In this document: positions 20,908-30,671 of the stretch, one piece after another
How positions within the stretch are numbered: the stretch's first letter is position 1
Layout: each line of letters starts with the position of its first letter
Origin: Chthoniobacteraceae bacterium
GTDB lineage: Bacteria; Verrucomicrobiota; Verrucomicrobiia; Chthoniobacterales; Chthoniobacteraceae
Length of the DNA: 64,000 nt
Reading direction: 5' to 3'
NCBI GenBank assembly: GCA_031409655.1
Contig: JANNXQ010000107.1
Location: 1-64,000 of the forward strand
Made by a program: the position numbers and the translations under genes
The notes under the pieces: model-generated
Databases searched by the model: none
Told to the model about the DNA's origin: nothing
The model's input: only the letters and a program-made list of their open reading frames with translations

Positions 20908-21086
20908 GGAAATCAACGCGCCCCGCAGCGGACGAAAAACGCGGCGCCGTGGCGCGCCGGATTTCGTTTGTCGCCGAATCGATACTGTCCAGCGCTTGAC
21001 AAGACGGGCGCGACCATCCCGCAGCGCGCGCGCTTTTGAAAAACTTTCGCGTGACGCTCTGCGCGTCGCGTGCCAATCCTCGGCGC

Positions 21087-21680
21087 ATGAGAATTCCCCT
21101 ATTATTCATTGCTGCCACCATCGCGTTTTCCCCGACCTTCCTCCCCACCTCGCGTGCTGAGGACGCCAAGGAGGTGGCGGTGATCAAGACCGACGCGGGC
21201 GAGATGGTCGTCGAGTTCTGGCCCGACGTGGCGCCGAAGACGGTCGAAAACTTCAAGAAGCTCGCGAAGGAAAAATTTTACGACGGCACCGCGTTTCACC
21301 GCATCATCAAAGGCTTCATGATCCAGGGCGGCGACCCGAAAACGAAGGACGCGAGCAAGGAAATGGATTGGGGCACTGGCGATCCAGGCTACAAGATCAA
21401 GGCTGAGTTCAATGAGAAGAAGCATCAACTCGGCGTGCTCTCGATGGCCCGCGGCGGCGATCCGGACTCGGCGGGCTGCCAGTTTTTCATCTGCCTCGGG
21501 GACGCCGCCTTCCTCGACGGGAAGTACACCGCCTTTGGCAAAGTCATCAAAGGTGAAGACGTGCTGAAGAAGCTCGGCGACACCGAAGTCGCGGCGAGCC
21601 GCGGTGGCGAGCCGAGCAAGCCGACGAAACGCGTCGGCGTGTCGAGCATTGGCATCTTCGCTGCTGATTCAGCGAAGTAA
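21087..21680 (+). CDS. Cyclophilin-type peptidyl-prolyl cis-trans isomerase (secreted)
   Basis: APKTVENF..FYDGTAFHRIIKGFMIQGGDP, LSMAR, QFFI, LDGKYTAFGKV; signal peptide. Confidence 0.95.
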   Translation: MRIPLLFIAATIAFSPTFLPTSRAEDAKEVAVIKTDAGEMVVEFWPDVAPKTVENFKKLAKEKFYDGTAFHRIIKGFMIQGGDPKTKDASKEMDWGTGDPGYKIKAEFNEKKHQLGVLSMARGGDPDSAGCQFFICLGDAAFLDGKYTAFGKVIKGEDVLKKLGDTEVAASRGGEPSKPTKRVGVSSIGIFAADSAK

Positions 21681-21753
21681 CGGCACTGCGTCGTCGCTGA
21701 TTCGTCACCTGCTCGACGTTTCGGCGTCGCGGAGCAGCCGCCACCATCGCTCC

Positions 21754-22644
21754 ATGGCTTCCCCTTCCCGCAAAATAAAGCTCGGCCTCGTGCAGATGCG
21801 CTGCACTGCCGATCCGCAGGCGAATCTCGCGAAGGCTCTGGCCGGCGCGGGTGAGGCGGCGGACCGCGGGGCGCAGATCATCTGCCTGCAGGAGCTCTTC
21901 ACCTCGCAGTACTTCTGCCAGGTGGAAGATCACAAATACTTCCAGCTCGCGGAGGAGATCCCCGGGCCGAGCACGGCAGCTTGCGCGGCCTTCGCCAAAG
22001 AACGCGGCGTCGTCATCATCGCGTCGCTTTTCGAAAAGCGTGGTGCGGGCCTTTACCACAACACCGCCGCGATCATCGACGCCGACGGCGCGTATCTCGG
22101 GAAGTATCGCAAGATGCACATACCCGACGACCCGCTCTTCCTCGAGAAATTCTACTTCACCCCCGGCGACCTCGGCTACCGCGCGTGGCCGACGAAGTTT
22201 GCCAAGATCGGCGTCTGCGTCTGCTGGGATCAGTGGTACCCGGAAGCCGCGCGCCTCACCGCGCTCGCGGGCGCGGAGATCCTTTTTTACCCGACGGCGA
22301 TCGGCTGGCATCCCTCCGAGAAAGGCGAATATGGAAAGCGCCAGCACGACGCCTGGGAGACGATCCAGCGCTCGCACGCGATCGCCAATGGCTGCTACGT
22401 CGCCGTGCCGAATCGCACCGGGCACGAAGCGCCCGATGGTGGACCGGGCATCGAGTTTTGGGGCCAGAGTTTTGTCGCTGACCCGGGCGGGCAATTGATC
22501 GCCAAGGCCTCCTCCGGCGATGAGGAGGTGCTGGTCACGGAAGTCGATCTCGGGATGCTCGATCAACAGCGCACCCACTGGCCTTTTTTCCGAGATCGGC
22601 GTATCGATAGCTACAGCGATTTGCAGCGTCGCTTCATCGATTGA
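21754..22644 (+). CDS. aguB: N-carbamoylputrescine amidase (carbon-nitrogen hydrolase)
   Basis: CLQELF, YRKMHIPDDP, CWDQWYPE nitrilase triad; directly upstream of agmatine deiminase. Confidence 0.88.
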   Translation: MASPSRKIKLGLVQMRCTADPQANLAKALAGAGEAADRGAQIICLQELFTSQYFCQVEDHKYFQLAEEIPGPSTAACAAFAKERGVVIIASLFEKRGAGLYHNTAAIIDADGAYLGKYRKMHIPDDPLFLEKFYFTPGDLGYRAWPTKFAKIGVCVCWDQWYPEAARLTALAGAEILFYPTAIGWHPSEKGEYGKRQHDAWETIQRSHAIANGCYVAVPNRTGHEAPDGGPGIEFWGQSFVADPGGQLIAKASSGDEEVLVTEVDLGMLDQQRTHWPFFRDRRIDSYSDLQRRFID

Positions 22645-22655
22645 CCTTCCCCCCA

Positions 22656-23735
22656 ATGGACGCCTCCGCCGAACCCTCCCCCGCCAGCACGCCCGCCCAA
22701 ACTCCTGCGGCTCTCGGCTATCGGATGCCCGCCGAGTGGGAGCCGCACACTGCCACGTGGATGTCGTGGCCGCGCCCGGACGGCATCAGCTTTCCCGACA
22801 CCTACGATCGCGTGCAGCCAGCGCTGGCGAAGATGGTCGATGCGCTCGCGGACTCGGAGCCGGTGAATATCAACGTCTGCGACGCGACGCACGAAGCCCT
22901 CGTGCGGAAGATCCTCACGAAAGCCCGTGCCCGGCACACGCACGTCACCTTCCACCACATCCCGATCAATGAACCGTGGTGCCGCGACCATGGCCCGATC
23001 TTTGTCAAACGCGACGCCGATCCGCAGCTCGCGGTCATCGACTGGGACTACAATTCGTGGGGCTGGAAGTATCCGCCCTTTGACGATGACGACGATGTGC
23101 CGACGCGCGTCGCCGACACCCTCGGCCTGCCGATCTACACACCTGGCATGGTGCTCGAAGGCGGCTCCATCGAAGTGAATGGGGCCGGCACCCTGCTCAC
23201 CACGAAGTCCTGTCTGCTCAATCCGAATCGCAACCCCGATCTCCCGCGGGCCGAGATCGAGCAGCGCCTCCGGGATTTTCTCGGGGTGAAAAAAATCCTC
23301 TGGCTCGGGGATGGCATCGAGGGCGACGACACCGACGGGCACATCGACGATCTCTCGCGTTTCGTCGATGAGACGACCGTCGTCACGGTCGTCGAGGAAG
23401 ATGAGGAGGATCCGAATTTCGCCCCGCTCTTTGACAACCGCTCGCTCCTCGAGGGCATGACCACGGCCGACGGCACCCCGCTCATGGTGCTCGATCTGCC
23501 GATGCCGCGAAAGATCGTGCGCGACGGCCAGCGCCTCCCCGCGAGCTACGCAAACTTTTACATCGGCAACAAGGTCGTGCTCCTGCCGACCTTCTGCGAT
23601 GCGCACGACCGCTGGGCCGTGGCTGTGCTGACGAAGGCTTTCCCCGAGCGCAAGATCGTGCCCATCGACTGCCGCGAACTGATCTGGGGTCTGGGCGCCT
23701 TCCACTGCCTTACCCAGCAGCAGCCGCAAATCTAG
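22656..23735 (+). CDS. aguA: Agmatine deiminase
   Basis: RMPAEWEPH, WCRDHGP, VLEGGSI, DDTDGHID, SYANFY, GLGAFHCLTQQQP. Confidence 0.92.
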   Translation: MDASAEPSPASTPAQTPAALGYRMPAEWEPHTATWMSWPRPDGISFPDTYDRVQPALAKMVDALADSEPVNINVCDATHEALVRKILTKARARHTHVTFHHIPINEPWCRDHGPIFVKRDADPQLAVIDWDYNSWGWKYPPFDDDDDVPTRVADTLGLPIYTPGMVLEGGSIEVNGAGTLLTTKSCLLNPNRNPDLPRAEIEQRLRDFLGVKKILWLGDGIEGDDTDGHIDDLSRFVDETTVVTVVEEDEEDPNFAPLFDNRSLLEGMTTADGTPLMVLDLPMPRKIVRDGQRLPASYANFYIGNKVVLLPTFCDAHDRWAVAVLTKAFPERKIVPIDCRELIWGLGAFHCLTQQQPQI

Positions 23736-23738
23736 CGC

Positions 23739-24188
23739 TCACGCCAGCGCGCCGAGCTGACTCGCGATCGCGAGCAGCAGCTCGCTTTCCTCCGGCGTCC
23801 AATCGTGAGCTTCCGCCTTCGCGATCCCGAGCACGCCCCTCAGTTCGCCATCCGTCAGCATCGGCACGGCCAGCGAACCCTCCATCCCCGTCGCCCGTGC
23901 CCCCGGGCGCGCCTGGCCGGAAGTGTCGGTCTGCAGATTGCAGATCGTCACTGGCTCGCGGCGCTCCGCTGCGAGACCCGCGATCCCTTTGCCGATCGGC
24001 ACCTTCGCGATGATCTGCACGACCGGCGGCGGGATATTTTTCGACGCCGCGAGCTGGAGCACGCCATCGCGGAGAAAGTGAACCGTCCCTGCCGCGCAGC
24101 CAAAGTGCGCGATCGCCGCAGCGAGCACGGCATCCACGGAACCGGACTCGAGCGCAGCGGCCACCGCGGGAGGGAGGGGAGTAGTCAT
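23739..24188 (-). CDS. Stand-alone GAF domain protein
   Basis: VPIGKGIAGLAAERREPV..SLAVPM..LRGVLGI GAF pattern. Confidence 0.82.
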   Translation of the reverse strand: MTTPLPPAVAAALESGSVDAVLAAAIAHFGCAAGTVHFLRDGVLQLAASKNIPPPVVQIIAKVPIGKGIAGLAAERREPVTICNLQTDTSGQARPGARATGMEGSLAVPMLTDGELRGVLGIAKAEAHDWTPEESELLLAIASQLGALA

Positions 24189-24274
24189 GCGCCTTCCCAT
24201 ACACGGGGCCCCCGCGCGCCGCAATCCGGCGGCCCATGCTTGGCGCGGCGGGAGGCGACGGCTACCAATGGTCG

Positions 24275-24904
24275 ATGCGCCTTCTCCGCCTCGCGCTTCT
24301 CCTCGCCGTTGTCTTCTCTCTGCCCTTCATCTTCTGGGGCGACGTTTTCGAGCGCTGGTTCACCGGCGACGCCGCGGTGCAGTGGATGCGCGATTGCGGC
24401 CCATGGGGCTGGCTCGCGACGATCGGCCTCCTCATCGCGGACCTCGCGCTCCCCGTGCCCTCCACGGGCGTGATGTCCGCCGCCGGCTTCCTCTACGGCG
24501 GCTGGATCGGCGGGCTCGTGAGCGCAGGCGGATCGTATCTTTCCGGGTTGCTCGCCTACGGCCTGTCGAGGCGCTTCGGTCACCGCGCCGCCGCGCGCCT
24601 CGCGAGCGCCGAAGATCTCGCGGGGAATGAATCCCTCTTCCAGCGCCACGGTCCCTGGCTCATCGCCCTCTCCCGCGCGCTGCCCCTGCTGCCCGAAGTC
24701 TCCTGCTGCCTCGCCGGCATCGCCCGCATGCCCTTCGTCACCTTCGCACTTTCCCTCGCCTGCGGCTGCCTGCCGGTCGGCTTCGCCTATGCCGCGATCG
24801 GGCAGGCAGGCCGCGAAAATCCCGCGCTCGCGATCGGCCTGAGCATCGCCTTACCCGCGGTGCTTTGGGCCATCGTGCGCCCCTTTCTCCGCCGCCGCGT
24901 CTGA
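24275..24904 (+). CDS. VTT/TVP38 (DedA superfamily) membrane protein
   Basis: LPVPSTGVMSAAGFLYG, YGLSR.FG, SRALPLLPE..AG..RMPF..F. Confidence 0.82.
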   Translation: MRLLRLALLLAVVFSLPFIFWGDVFERWFTGDAAVQWMRDCGPWGWLATIGLLIADLALPVPSTGVMSAAGFLYGGWIGGLVSAGGSYLSGLLAYGLSRRFGHRAAARLASAEDLAGNESLFQRHGPWLIALSRALPLLPEVSCCLAGIARMPFVTFALSLACGCLPVGFAYAAIGQAGRENPALAIGLSIALPAVLWAIVRPFLRRRV

Positions 24905-24927
24905 AACCCGGATCACGCGGAGGGATC

Positions 24928-25019
24928 GACCACGAATTTCACAGATGACACAGATGAAGGAGAGATGGGGCAAAGCGTCATCCCTCTCCGCATCTGTGTA
25001 ATCTCCGTAATCTGTGGTC
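24928..25019. repeat. Inverted nonamer-repeat palindrome between convergent genes
   Basis: gaccacgaatttcacagatgacacagatg ... catctgtgtaatctccgtaatctgtggtc with inner ggagagatg/catccctctcc pairing. Confidence 0.8.
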
Positions 25020-25065
25020 CTCCCATCCCAGAAATCCCAGCAAGACCGCCCCGGGATCACCCCAG

Positions 25066-25452
25066 TCACCAATCCTTGGCCCGCATCTTCTTCACCGCGC
25101 CGCGCTTCTTTTTCGAATCGAGCATCCGCTGTTTCACCCCCCACGGTCGCTTCGCAGTTTGCCGCCGCTTCTTCTCCCGCTCGGCGCGGAGAGCGGCCCG
25201 CTCTTCCGCGCGACGACGCTCGATGGCGTCGAGCAAACGATCCCACGCCAGTTGCCGATTCATCGACTGCGAACGCGTATCCTGCACCGTCACGGCGGCG
25301 CCCGAGGGCGTGTGGCGCAAGGTCACCGCGGTCGAGACCTTGTTCACATGCTGGCCGCCGGGGCCGGAACTCCGGGCAAAAGTCTCGACGAAATCCGCCG
25401 CCTCGAGGCGCAGAGCGGCGAGTCGGGCAGCGATAGTGGGCGCGAGTGCCAT
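25066..25452 (-). CDS. arfB: Peptidyl-tRNA hydrolase / ribosome rescue factor of the ArfB (YaeJ) type
   Basis: RSSGPGGQHVNK GGQ motif, RSQSMNR, basic C-terminal tail; 128 aa with no codon-recognition domain. Confidence 0.78.
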   Translation of the reverse strand: MALAPTIAARLAALRLEAADFVETFARSSGPGGQHVNKVSTAVTLRHTPSGAAVTVQDTRSQSMNRQLAWDRLLDAIERRRAEERAALRAEREKKRRQTAKRPWGVKQRMLDSKKKRGAVKKMRAKDW

Positions 25453-25584
25453 GGCCTAGTTTGATGGACTAGCGAAGCCTCGGGGCCAAGCACGGAACGA
25501 CCCATCCCGCCAAACTCCGGCGGCGGCATTTCGGAGATTTTTTCCATTCCCTCTCTCCGCGGAATTTCCGACCCTTCCCGTCCA

Positions 25585-27462
25585 GTGAGGCTGGCCTACA
25601 TCTTTTCCCGCTACCCTGTCGTATCGCAGACCTTCTGCGACACGGAGATGCTTGCCTTGGAGCGCCTCGGCGTGGATCTGGACATTTGCTCGATTTATCC
25701 GCCACCCACGAGCTTCCGCCACGGGCACGCCGCGCGGATGCGGGCGGAGATCCACTACGCGCCGCCCGCACCGATCCTGCGACTCGCCGAGCAGCAGTCC
25801 AGGCTCTCGGGACGCTGGCCGGAGAGATTCATCGCCGACCACGAGCGCCGCTACGGCCAGGAATACAAGGCCGCGCTCCGAGCCCGCAACGCCCTCTACT
25901 TTGCCGATCTTTTCGCCGCGCGCGGCATCTCCCATTTTCACGTTCACTTCGCGAACCGCGCCGCGCAGACCGCCCTCTTCATCAAGCATCTGAGCGGTAT
26001 CCCGTTCAGCATCACCACGCACGGGCAGGACTTCATGCACGATCTCGGCAACGACGACCTGCTCCGCGAGATCTGCCACGAAGCGGAGTTCGTCGGCAAC
26101 GAAACGCGCTACAGCAAAGGCCTCGTCACCAAACTTTGCCCGGCCTCAGCGGATAAAATGGTGCTCGTTTTCAACGGCATGGACCTCGCGAATTTCGCGG
26201 GCGCAAGCGCCGGGACGACGAACGCAGTGCCGCGCATCTTCAGCGTCGGCCGCCTCATTGAGTTCAAAGGCTTCCATCACCTCATCGCGGCGTGCGGCGA
26301 TCTGCGACGGCGGGGCGTAGCCTTTGAATGCGAGATCGTCGGCGAAGGTCCGTGGCGGGGGCGCCTCGAAGCCGCAATCACGGAGGCGGGCGTCAGCGAT
26401 TGCGTGCGGCTCCTCGGTTCGCGTCCGCAGGAGGAGGTCTTTGCGCGCCTGCGCGCCTGCGATATTTTCGTCCTGCCCTGCATCTTCGATGAAAATGGCG
26501 CGAGCGACGTCTTCCCCACGGTGATCCTCGAAGCCATGGCCAGCGCCCGCCCGGTGGTCTCCACCAAACTCGCCGGCGTGCCCGAGCAGGTGATCGATGG
26601 CGAGACGGGCCTGCTCACCGCGCCCGGCGACGAAATTGCCCTCGCCGGCGCGCTGGCGAAGCTCCTCCAGTCACCGGAACAGCGGCGGCAATTCGGCGAA
26701 GCGGGCCAGCGCCGGCTCAAAGCCGAGTACGCCATCGACCACACCGTCCAGCCGCTCCACGCGCTTTTTGCCAAAGCCGTGAAACCCGCGCCCCTCCCGC
26801 CACGGACCGCGCCCGGTCTCGCCTGCCTGCTCCACGATTGGCCGACGGGAGAGCGCGCCGACTCCGAGCTTCAGCAACTCCGCGAAATACATCCGCACCT
26901 GCGCGTCTATGCGGCCAGCGCGTCCTCCTCCGTGCCGTCGGAAAACGCGCTGCCCTGGCTCGCGCATCTGGATTTCCTGCCCGACAGCATGGTGCTGGAA
27001 GGCGAGTGGCAGCAGGAGCGAGAACTCGCGCGGCGCATGGAGACGTGGCGCAGCGACCTCGGCCAGAAGCTCTCTTCCGAATTTTTCCTGCAACAAGCCC
27101 GCCACGCGCTTTACCTCCGCCGCTGGCTGACCCGCGACGGCGTGCGGCACGTGCATGCCATGACGTCACGGGAACTGCTCTGCGCCTGGATGCTCCGACA
27201 ACTCACCGGCGTGACCGTGAGCGCGACCATCGAAGACAAACCGTTCCTAGGCTCCACCGCGATCGCACGCCTGGCCCCGGAATGCAGCGGCCTGCGCGTC
27301 TGCGACGATGAACTGCACGCGGCGCTCCGCCCACATTTCGCCGCTGCGGGCCGCGTCCTGCTTCATCACCGCCACGGGCGCGCCATCGAGCCCGATTTTC
27401 TCGCCCGTCTGAAATCGTGGGCGACGCCAAATCTGAAATCTGAAATCCCAAATCTGAAATGA
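25585..27462 (+). CDS. GT4 glycosyltransferase (WcaL-like) with a degenerate duplicated C-terminal domain
   Basis: [42 protein letters not shown]; extra ~220 aa tail. Confidence 0.87.
   Translation: MRLAYIFSRYPVVSQTFCDTEMLALERLGVDLDICSIYPPPTSFRHGHAARMRAEIHYAPPAPILRLAEQQSRLSGRWPERFIADHERRYGQEYKAALRARNALYFADLFAARGISHFHVHFANRAAQTALFIKHLSGIPFSITTHGQDFMHDLGNDDLLREICHEAEFVGNETRYSKGLVTKLCPASADKMVLVFNGMDLANFAGASAGTTNAVPRIFSVGRLIEFKGFHHLIAACGDLRRRGVAFECEIVGEGPWRGRLEAAITEAGVSDCVRLLGSRPQEEVFARLRACDIFVLPCIFDENGASDVFPTVILEAMASARPVVSTKLAGVPEQVIDGETGLLTAPGDEIALAGALAKLLQSPEQRRQFGEAGQRRLKAEYAIDHTVQPLHALFAKAVKPAPLPPRTAPGLACLLHDWPTGERADSELQQLREIHPHLRVYAASASSSVPSENALPWLAHLDFLPDSMVLEGEWQQERELARRMETWRSDLGQKLSSEFFLQQARHALYLRRWLTRDGVRHVHAMTSRELLCAWMLRQLTGVTVSATIEDKPFLGSTAIARLAPECSGLRVCDDELHAALRPHFAAAGRVLLHHRHGRAIEPDFLARLKSWATPNLKSEIPNLK
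27429..27460 (+). repeat. Heptamer tandem repeat (AAATCTG)n encoding the GT4 C-terminus
   Basis: aaatctgaaatctgaaatcccaaatctgaaat; translated [11 protein letters not shown], runs into the rfbA ATG. Confidence 0.85.
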
Positions 27463-28334
27463 ACAAGAAGGCCATCATCCTCGCCGGCGGTGCCGGCACC
27501 CGGCTCTACCCGCTGACCCGCGTCGCGTGCAAGCAACTGCTGCCCGTCTATGACAAGCCGATGATCTACTACCCGCTCGCCACCCTCATGCTGGGCGGCA
27601 TCCGCGAGGTCCTGATCATTTCCACGCCGAAGGATGTGCCCATGTTTCGCGACCTGCTCGGCGACGGCGCGCGCCTCGGCATGCGGATCGAATACGAAGA
27701 GCAACCCAAGCCCGCCGGCATCGCGCAGGCCTTCCTCATCGGAGAAAAATTCATTGCTGGCGACGGCGTGACCCTGATCCTCGGCGACAATATTTTCTAC
27801 GGGAAACTCGACTTCTTCCGCGACGCCCTCGCGGTGCAGAATGGCGCGTGCGTCTTCGGCTATCAGGTGCGCGATCCGGAGCGCTACGGCGTCGTCGAGT
27901 TCGACGCCAGCGGCCGGGCGATCAGCCTCGAGGAAAAGCCCGCAAAACCAAAGAGCCCCTTCGCCGTGCCGGGCCTGTACGTTTACGACAAAAAGGTCGT
28001 CGAGATCTGCCGGAACATGAAGCCCAGCGCGCGCGGCGAACTCGAAATCACCGACGTGAACATCGAGTATCTCCGGCGCGGAGAGCTAAACGTAAAGGTC
28101 CTCGGCCGCGGCATGGCCTGGCTCGACACCGGCACCCAGACCAGTCTGCTCGAAGCCGCCAATTACATCGCCGCGATCCAAAACCGCCAAGGCCTGATGA
28201 TCGCCTGCCTCGAAGAAATCGCCTTCAACCAAGGCTGGATCGACCGTGCGCAGTTGCAGGCTCTCGTAGCCGCGCTGCCGAAGAACGAATACCGCGAGTA
28301 TCTCCAGGCCGTCTGCGACGAACCAGCGTCCTGA
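27459..28334 (+). CDS. rfbA: Glucose-1-phosphate thymidylyltransferase
   Basis: [49 protein letters not shown]. Confidence 0.96.
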   Translation: MNKKAIILAGGAGTRLYPLTRVACKQLLPVYDKPMIYYPLATLMLGGIREVLIISTPKDVPMFRDLLGDGARLGMRIEYEEQPKPAGIAQAFLIGEKFIAGDGVTLILGDNIFYGKLDFFRDALAVQNGACVFGYQVRDPERYGVVEFDASGRAISLEEKPAKPKSPFAVPGLYVYDKKVVEICRNMKPSARGELEITDVNIEYLRRGELNVKVLGRGMAWLDTGTQTSLLEAANYIAAIQNRQGLMIACLEEIAFNQGWIDRAQLQALVAALPKNEYREYLQAVCDEPAS

Positions 28335-28337
28335 CAA

Positions 28338-28399
28338 GGAGCAGGGGCGCCCTCGCCCCGTTTTTCTGCAGGGACTCGGGGCGAGGGCGCTCCGGCTCC
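28338..28399. repeat. REP-like inverted repeat between convergent genes (possible bidirectional terminator)
   Basis: gcgccctcgccccg / cggggcgagggcgc perfect 14 bp, flanked by ggagc/gctcc. Confidence 0.75.
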
Positions 28400-28403
28400 A
28401 TGC

Positions 28404-28649
28404 TCACTGCCGCTCGTATTCGCCTTTGCCGACCTGCTTCAGCACGGTGAAGCCTGCGCTCTTCGCGGCGGCGATGGAGGCCGGCTTCGTGACCTTCGGC
28501 GTGTTAAATTTCGAGATCACCTTGCGCACCGGTTTTTTGCAAAGCGGACACTCGGTCAGCGCGGCGCGATTGACCGGACGCTGAATCTGGAAGCGTCCGC
28601 CGCACTTCGCGCAGTCCCCTTTGCAGAGTTCGTATTCGTAGAGAGGCAC
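28404..28649 (-). CDS. FmdB-family zinc-ribbon protein
   Basis: (M)PLYEY..CAKCG..F..CPLC..VRKVIS; GTG start. Confidence 0.8.
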   Translation of the reverse strand: MPLYEYELCKGDCAKCGGRFQIQRPVNRAALTECPLCKKPVRKVISKFNTPKVTKPASIAAAKSAGFTVLKQVGKGEYERQ

Positions 28650-28662
28650 GGGGGGGAAGAAA

Positions 28663-28712
28663 GCTCGAAATCCGAATTCCGAAACTCGAAACAAATCTTC
28701 GAGCTTCGGATT
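28663..28712. repeat. Degenerate heptamer repeat hairpin (CGAAATC/CGAAACT)
   Basis: gctcgaaatccgaattccgaaactcgaaacaaatcttcgagcttcgga, immediately 3' of the TAA at 28713-28715 on the minus strand. Confidence 0.75.
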
Positions 28713-29435
28713 TTACCCGATGTATTTCTCCCACTCCTCCGGCAGCGTCGGGCGCTCGATGGAATCCACGAGCCGGCCTTCAAACGTCGGCTCGAATGTC
28801 GTCGTGGTCCCATAGACCATCACCGCTTCCTTCGATCCTTCCACGCGCATGGCGTGCGCGACACCGGCGGGGATCACGGCGCAGGCATTGTTCGGCCCGC
28901 GCTGGTCGTCGCCTTCGATATTGAAGCGCATCACCCGGCGCGGCAGCCCAGCCCGCTCGTCCACGAAGAACATCTCCACATTTCCCTGCACAAAGAACAT
29001 CGCGTCCCACTGCTCGTGGTCGTAGGGGCGGAGGGCAAAATTTTCGGGTTCATCGACGAAGAGCCGCTGGAACCAGGCCGCCGGGGTCGTGCCCTCCGGG
29101 ATGTGCGGCGGATGAATGTGAAAGCCTTTCGCGGTGCCGGCAAACATCCGCGCCGTCGCCCATTGGCGCGGCCAAATGCCGATCGCGGAGAGTGGCCCTT
29201 CACCCTGGCGCGAGAGTTCTCCGAAAAATCCGCGATGCCGCTGCGGGTACACTTTCCTCGCAAAAACCTCGACGCCGGGAATCCAAGCGTCGGCCAGTTC
29301 CGCCCGCTTGGCGATGAGTTCGCCCACATCGAGGCCGCTGGTGGCGAGGCGCTCCGCGGGGGATTTTTGCGAATAATCGCGCTGCGAAAGCTGCGCCCGC
29401 GCTGCGGGTTTTAAAGCGTGCCAGAGGTCGGACAT
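28713..29435 (-). CDS. Divergent RmlC-like cupin (dTDP-4-dehydrorhamnose 3,5-epimerase-like)
   Basis: IPGV..RGFFGEL, KGFHIH, IPAGVAHAM resemble RmlC motifs; near rfbA. Confidence 0.65.
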   Translation of the reverse strand: MSDLWHALKPAARAQLSQRDYSQKSPAERLATSGLDVGELIAKRAELADAWIPGVEVFARKVYPQRHRGFFGELSRQGEGPLSAIGIWPRQWATARMFAGTAKGFHIHPPHIPEGTTPAAWFQRLFVDEPENFALRPYDHEQWDAMFFVQGNVEMFFVDERAGLPRRVMRFNIEGDDQRGPNNACAVIPAGVAHAMRVEGSKEAVMVYGTTTTFEPTFEGRLVDSIERPTLPEEWEKYIG

Positions 29436-29497
29436 GATCGGGATGTAAGCGAGTCGCGGGCCAGGGAGCAAGTCCGGGAGGCACGAGCGCGGTCCGG

Positions 29498-30643
29498 TTA
29501 CTCCCGCCCAGCTCGCCTGGCCGCGTCCAGGACGCGCTCGTATTCCTCGACGATGACCTTGAGGTCAAAGGCGCGCGCACGCTCCAGGCTCGCGGCTTGC
29601 GCGGCGACGAGGAAGCTCCGCTCAGTGAGCAGCCGGCGGAGCCCGGCGGCGTAGAGCATGGTGTCATTCACCGGGGCGGTGATGCCATTGACGCCGTCGG
29701 TGAGGACATCGCGCAGGCCCGGGATATCGCTCCCCGCGATGGCCAAGCCGTGCGCCAGCGCCTCGATCGCGGCCACTGGCATGCCTTCGGAAAGCGACGG
29801 CATGCAGAGGATATCAGACTCTGCGAGGAGCCGGTGCACCTCGTCGTTCGCCCGCCAACCGGAGAGCCGGACGCGGCCCCCGAGTCCGTGCGCCGCGACG
29901 CGGTCGCGGACCATGGGAAGGTCCGGGCCATCGCCGATCATCGTCAGGCGCCAATCCAGATCGCGGAGATGGGCGAGCGCCTCGATGAGCAAAGGCGCAT
30001 TTTTCTGCGGATTGAATCGACCGATGAAGACGAGCTGCGGGGAAGAGGTCGCTTGGGGATGCTGAGTTTTGAATGTTGAATTTCCGAGGTCGATACCGTT
30101 GACGATGCGCACAACGGGGCGGGAGTAAGCACGCTCGGCGAGTTCTTGCACAAAGGAACTCACCGCGGTGCAAGCGGCCGCCCTGGACCAGACGCGCCGG
30201 GCAAGTGGGTCGATGATTTTGAAGAGGGTATCCGTCTGCTCGGGGACGCCACCGGGCACGTCGCCCAGATGCGCAGTGAGCACGTACGGGACGCGCGAGA
30301 TGCAGTGCATTGCCCAGGCGAGCAGACCCGTCGGCATCGCGAAATGGGCGTGGATCACGTCCGGTTTCCAGCGCGCGATCTGCCGCAGCGTCGGGAAAAA
30401 ACTCGTCGCACAAAAGAAGCCCATCTCCGGCACCGTGCAGGTGTCTTCGCGACGGCGCAGGCTCGCCGTCCGGAAGACCTCCACGCCGCCAATCGTCTCG
30501 CGCGTCGATCGCCATCCGAGGCCCGCCGTTTGCACCCGCACTTCATGCCCACGCCGCACGAGCCCTTCTGCCACCGTCTTTGCGACCCGTCCGCCGCCGC
30601 CTCCGAGCGGCGGGTATTCGTAGCAGAGCACGAGAATCTTCAT
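29498..30643 (-). CDS. GT4 glycosyltransferase
   Basis: MKILVLCYEYPPLGGGGG, FIGRFNPQKN, PSLSEGMPVAAIEAL. Confidence 0.92.
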   Translation of the reverse strand: MKILVLCYEYPPLGGGGGRVAKTVAEGLVRRGHEVRVQTAGLGWRSTRETIGGVEVFRTASLRRREDTCTVPEMGFFCATSFFPTLRQIARWKPDVIHAHFAMPTGLLAWAMHCISRVPYVLTAHLGDVPGGVPEQTDTLFKIIDPLARRVWSRAAACTAVSSFVQELAERAYSRPVVRIVNGIDLGNSTFKTQHPQATSSPQLVFIGRFNPQKNAPLLIEALAHLRDLDWRLTMIGDGPDLPMVRDRVAAHGLGGRVRLSGWRANDEVHRLLAESDILCMPSLSEGMPVAAIEALAHGLAIAGSDIPGLRDVLTDGVNGITAPVNDTMLYAAGLRRLLTERSFLVAAQAASLERARAFDLKVIVEEYERVLDAARRAGRE

Positions 30644-30671
30644 CGGCGCGCGGGCGAGAAAATCCGGGGAA

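Noticed and set aside
21754..23735. aguB/aguA as partners of the APC-kinase (agmatine sensing)
   Set aside because: About 12 kb away, on the opposite strand, with unrelated genes between; no sequence support.
25066..25452. ArfB-like factor as the agent resolving the dxr stop/hairpin
   Set aside because: ArfB-type factors release stalled peptides rather than promote read-through, and are widespread; proximity is not evidence.
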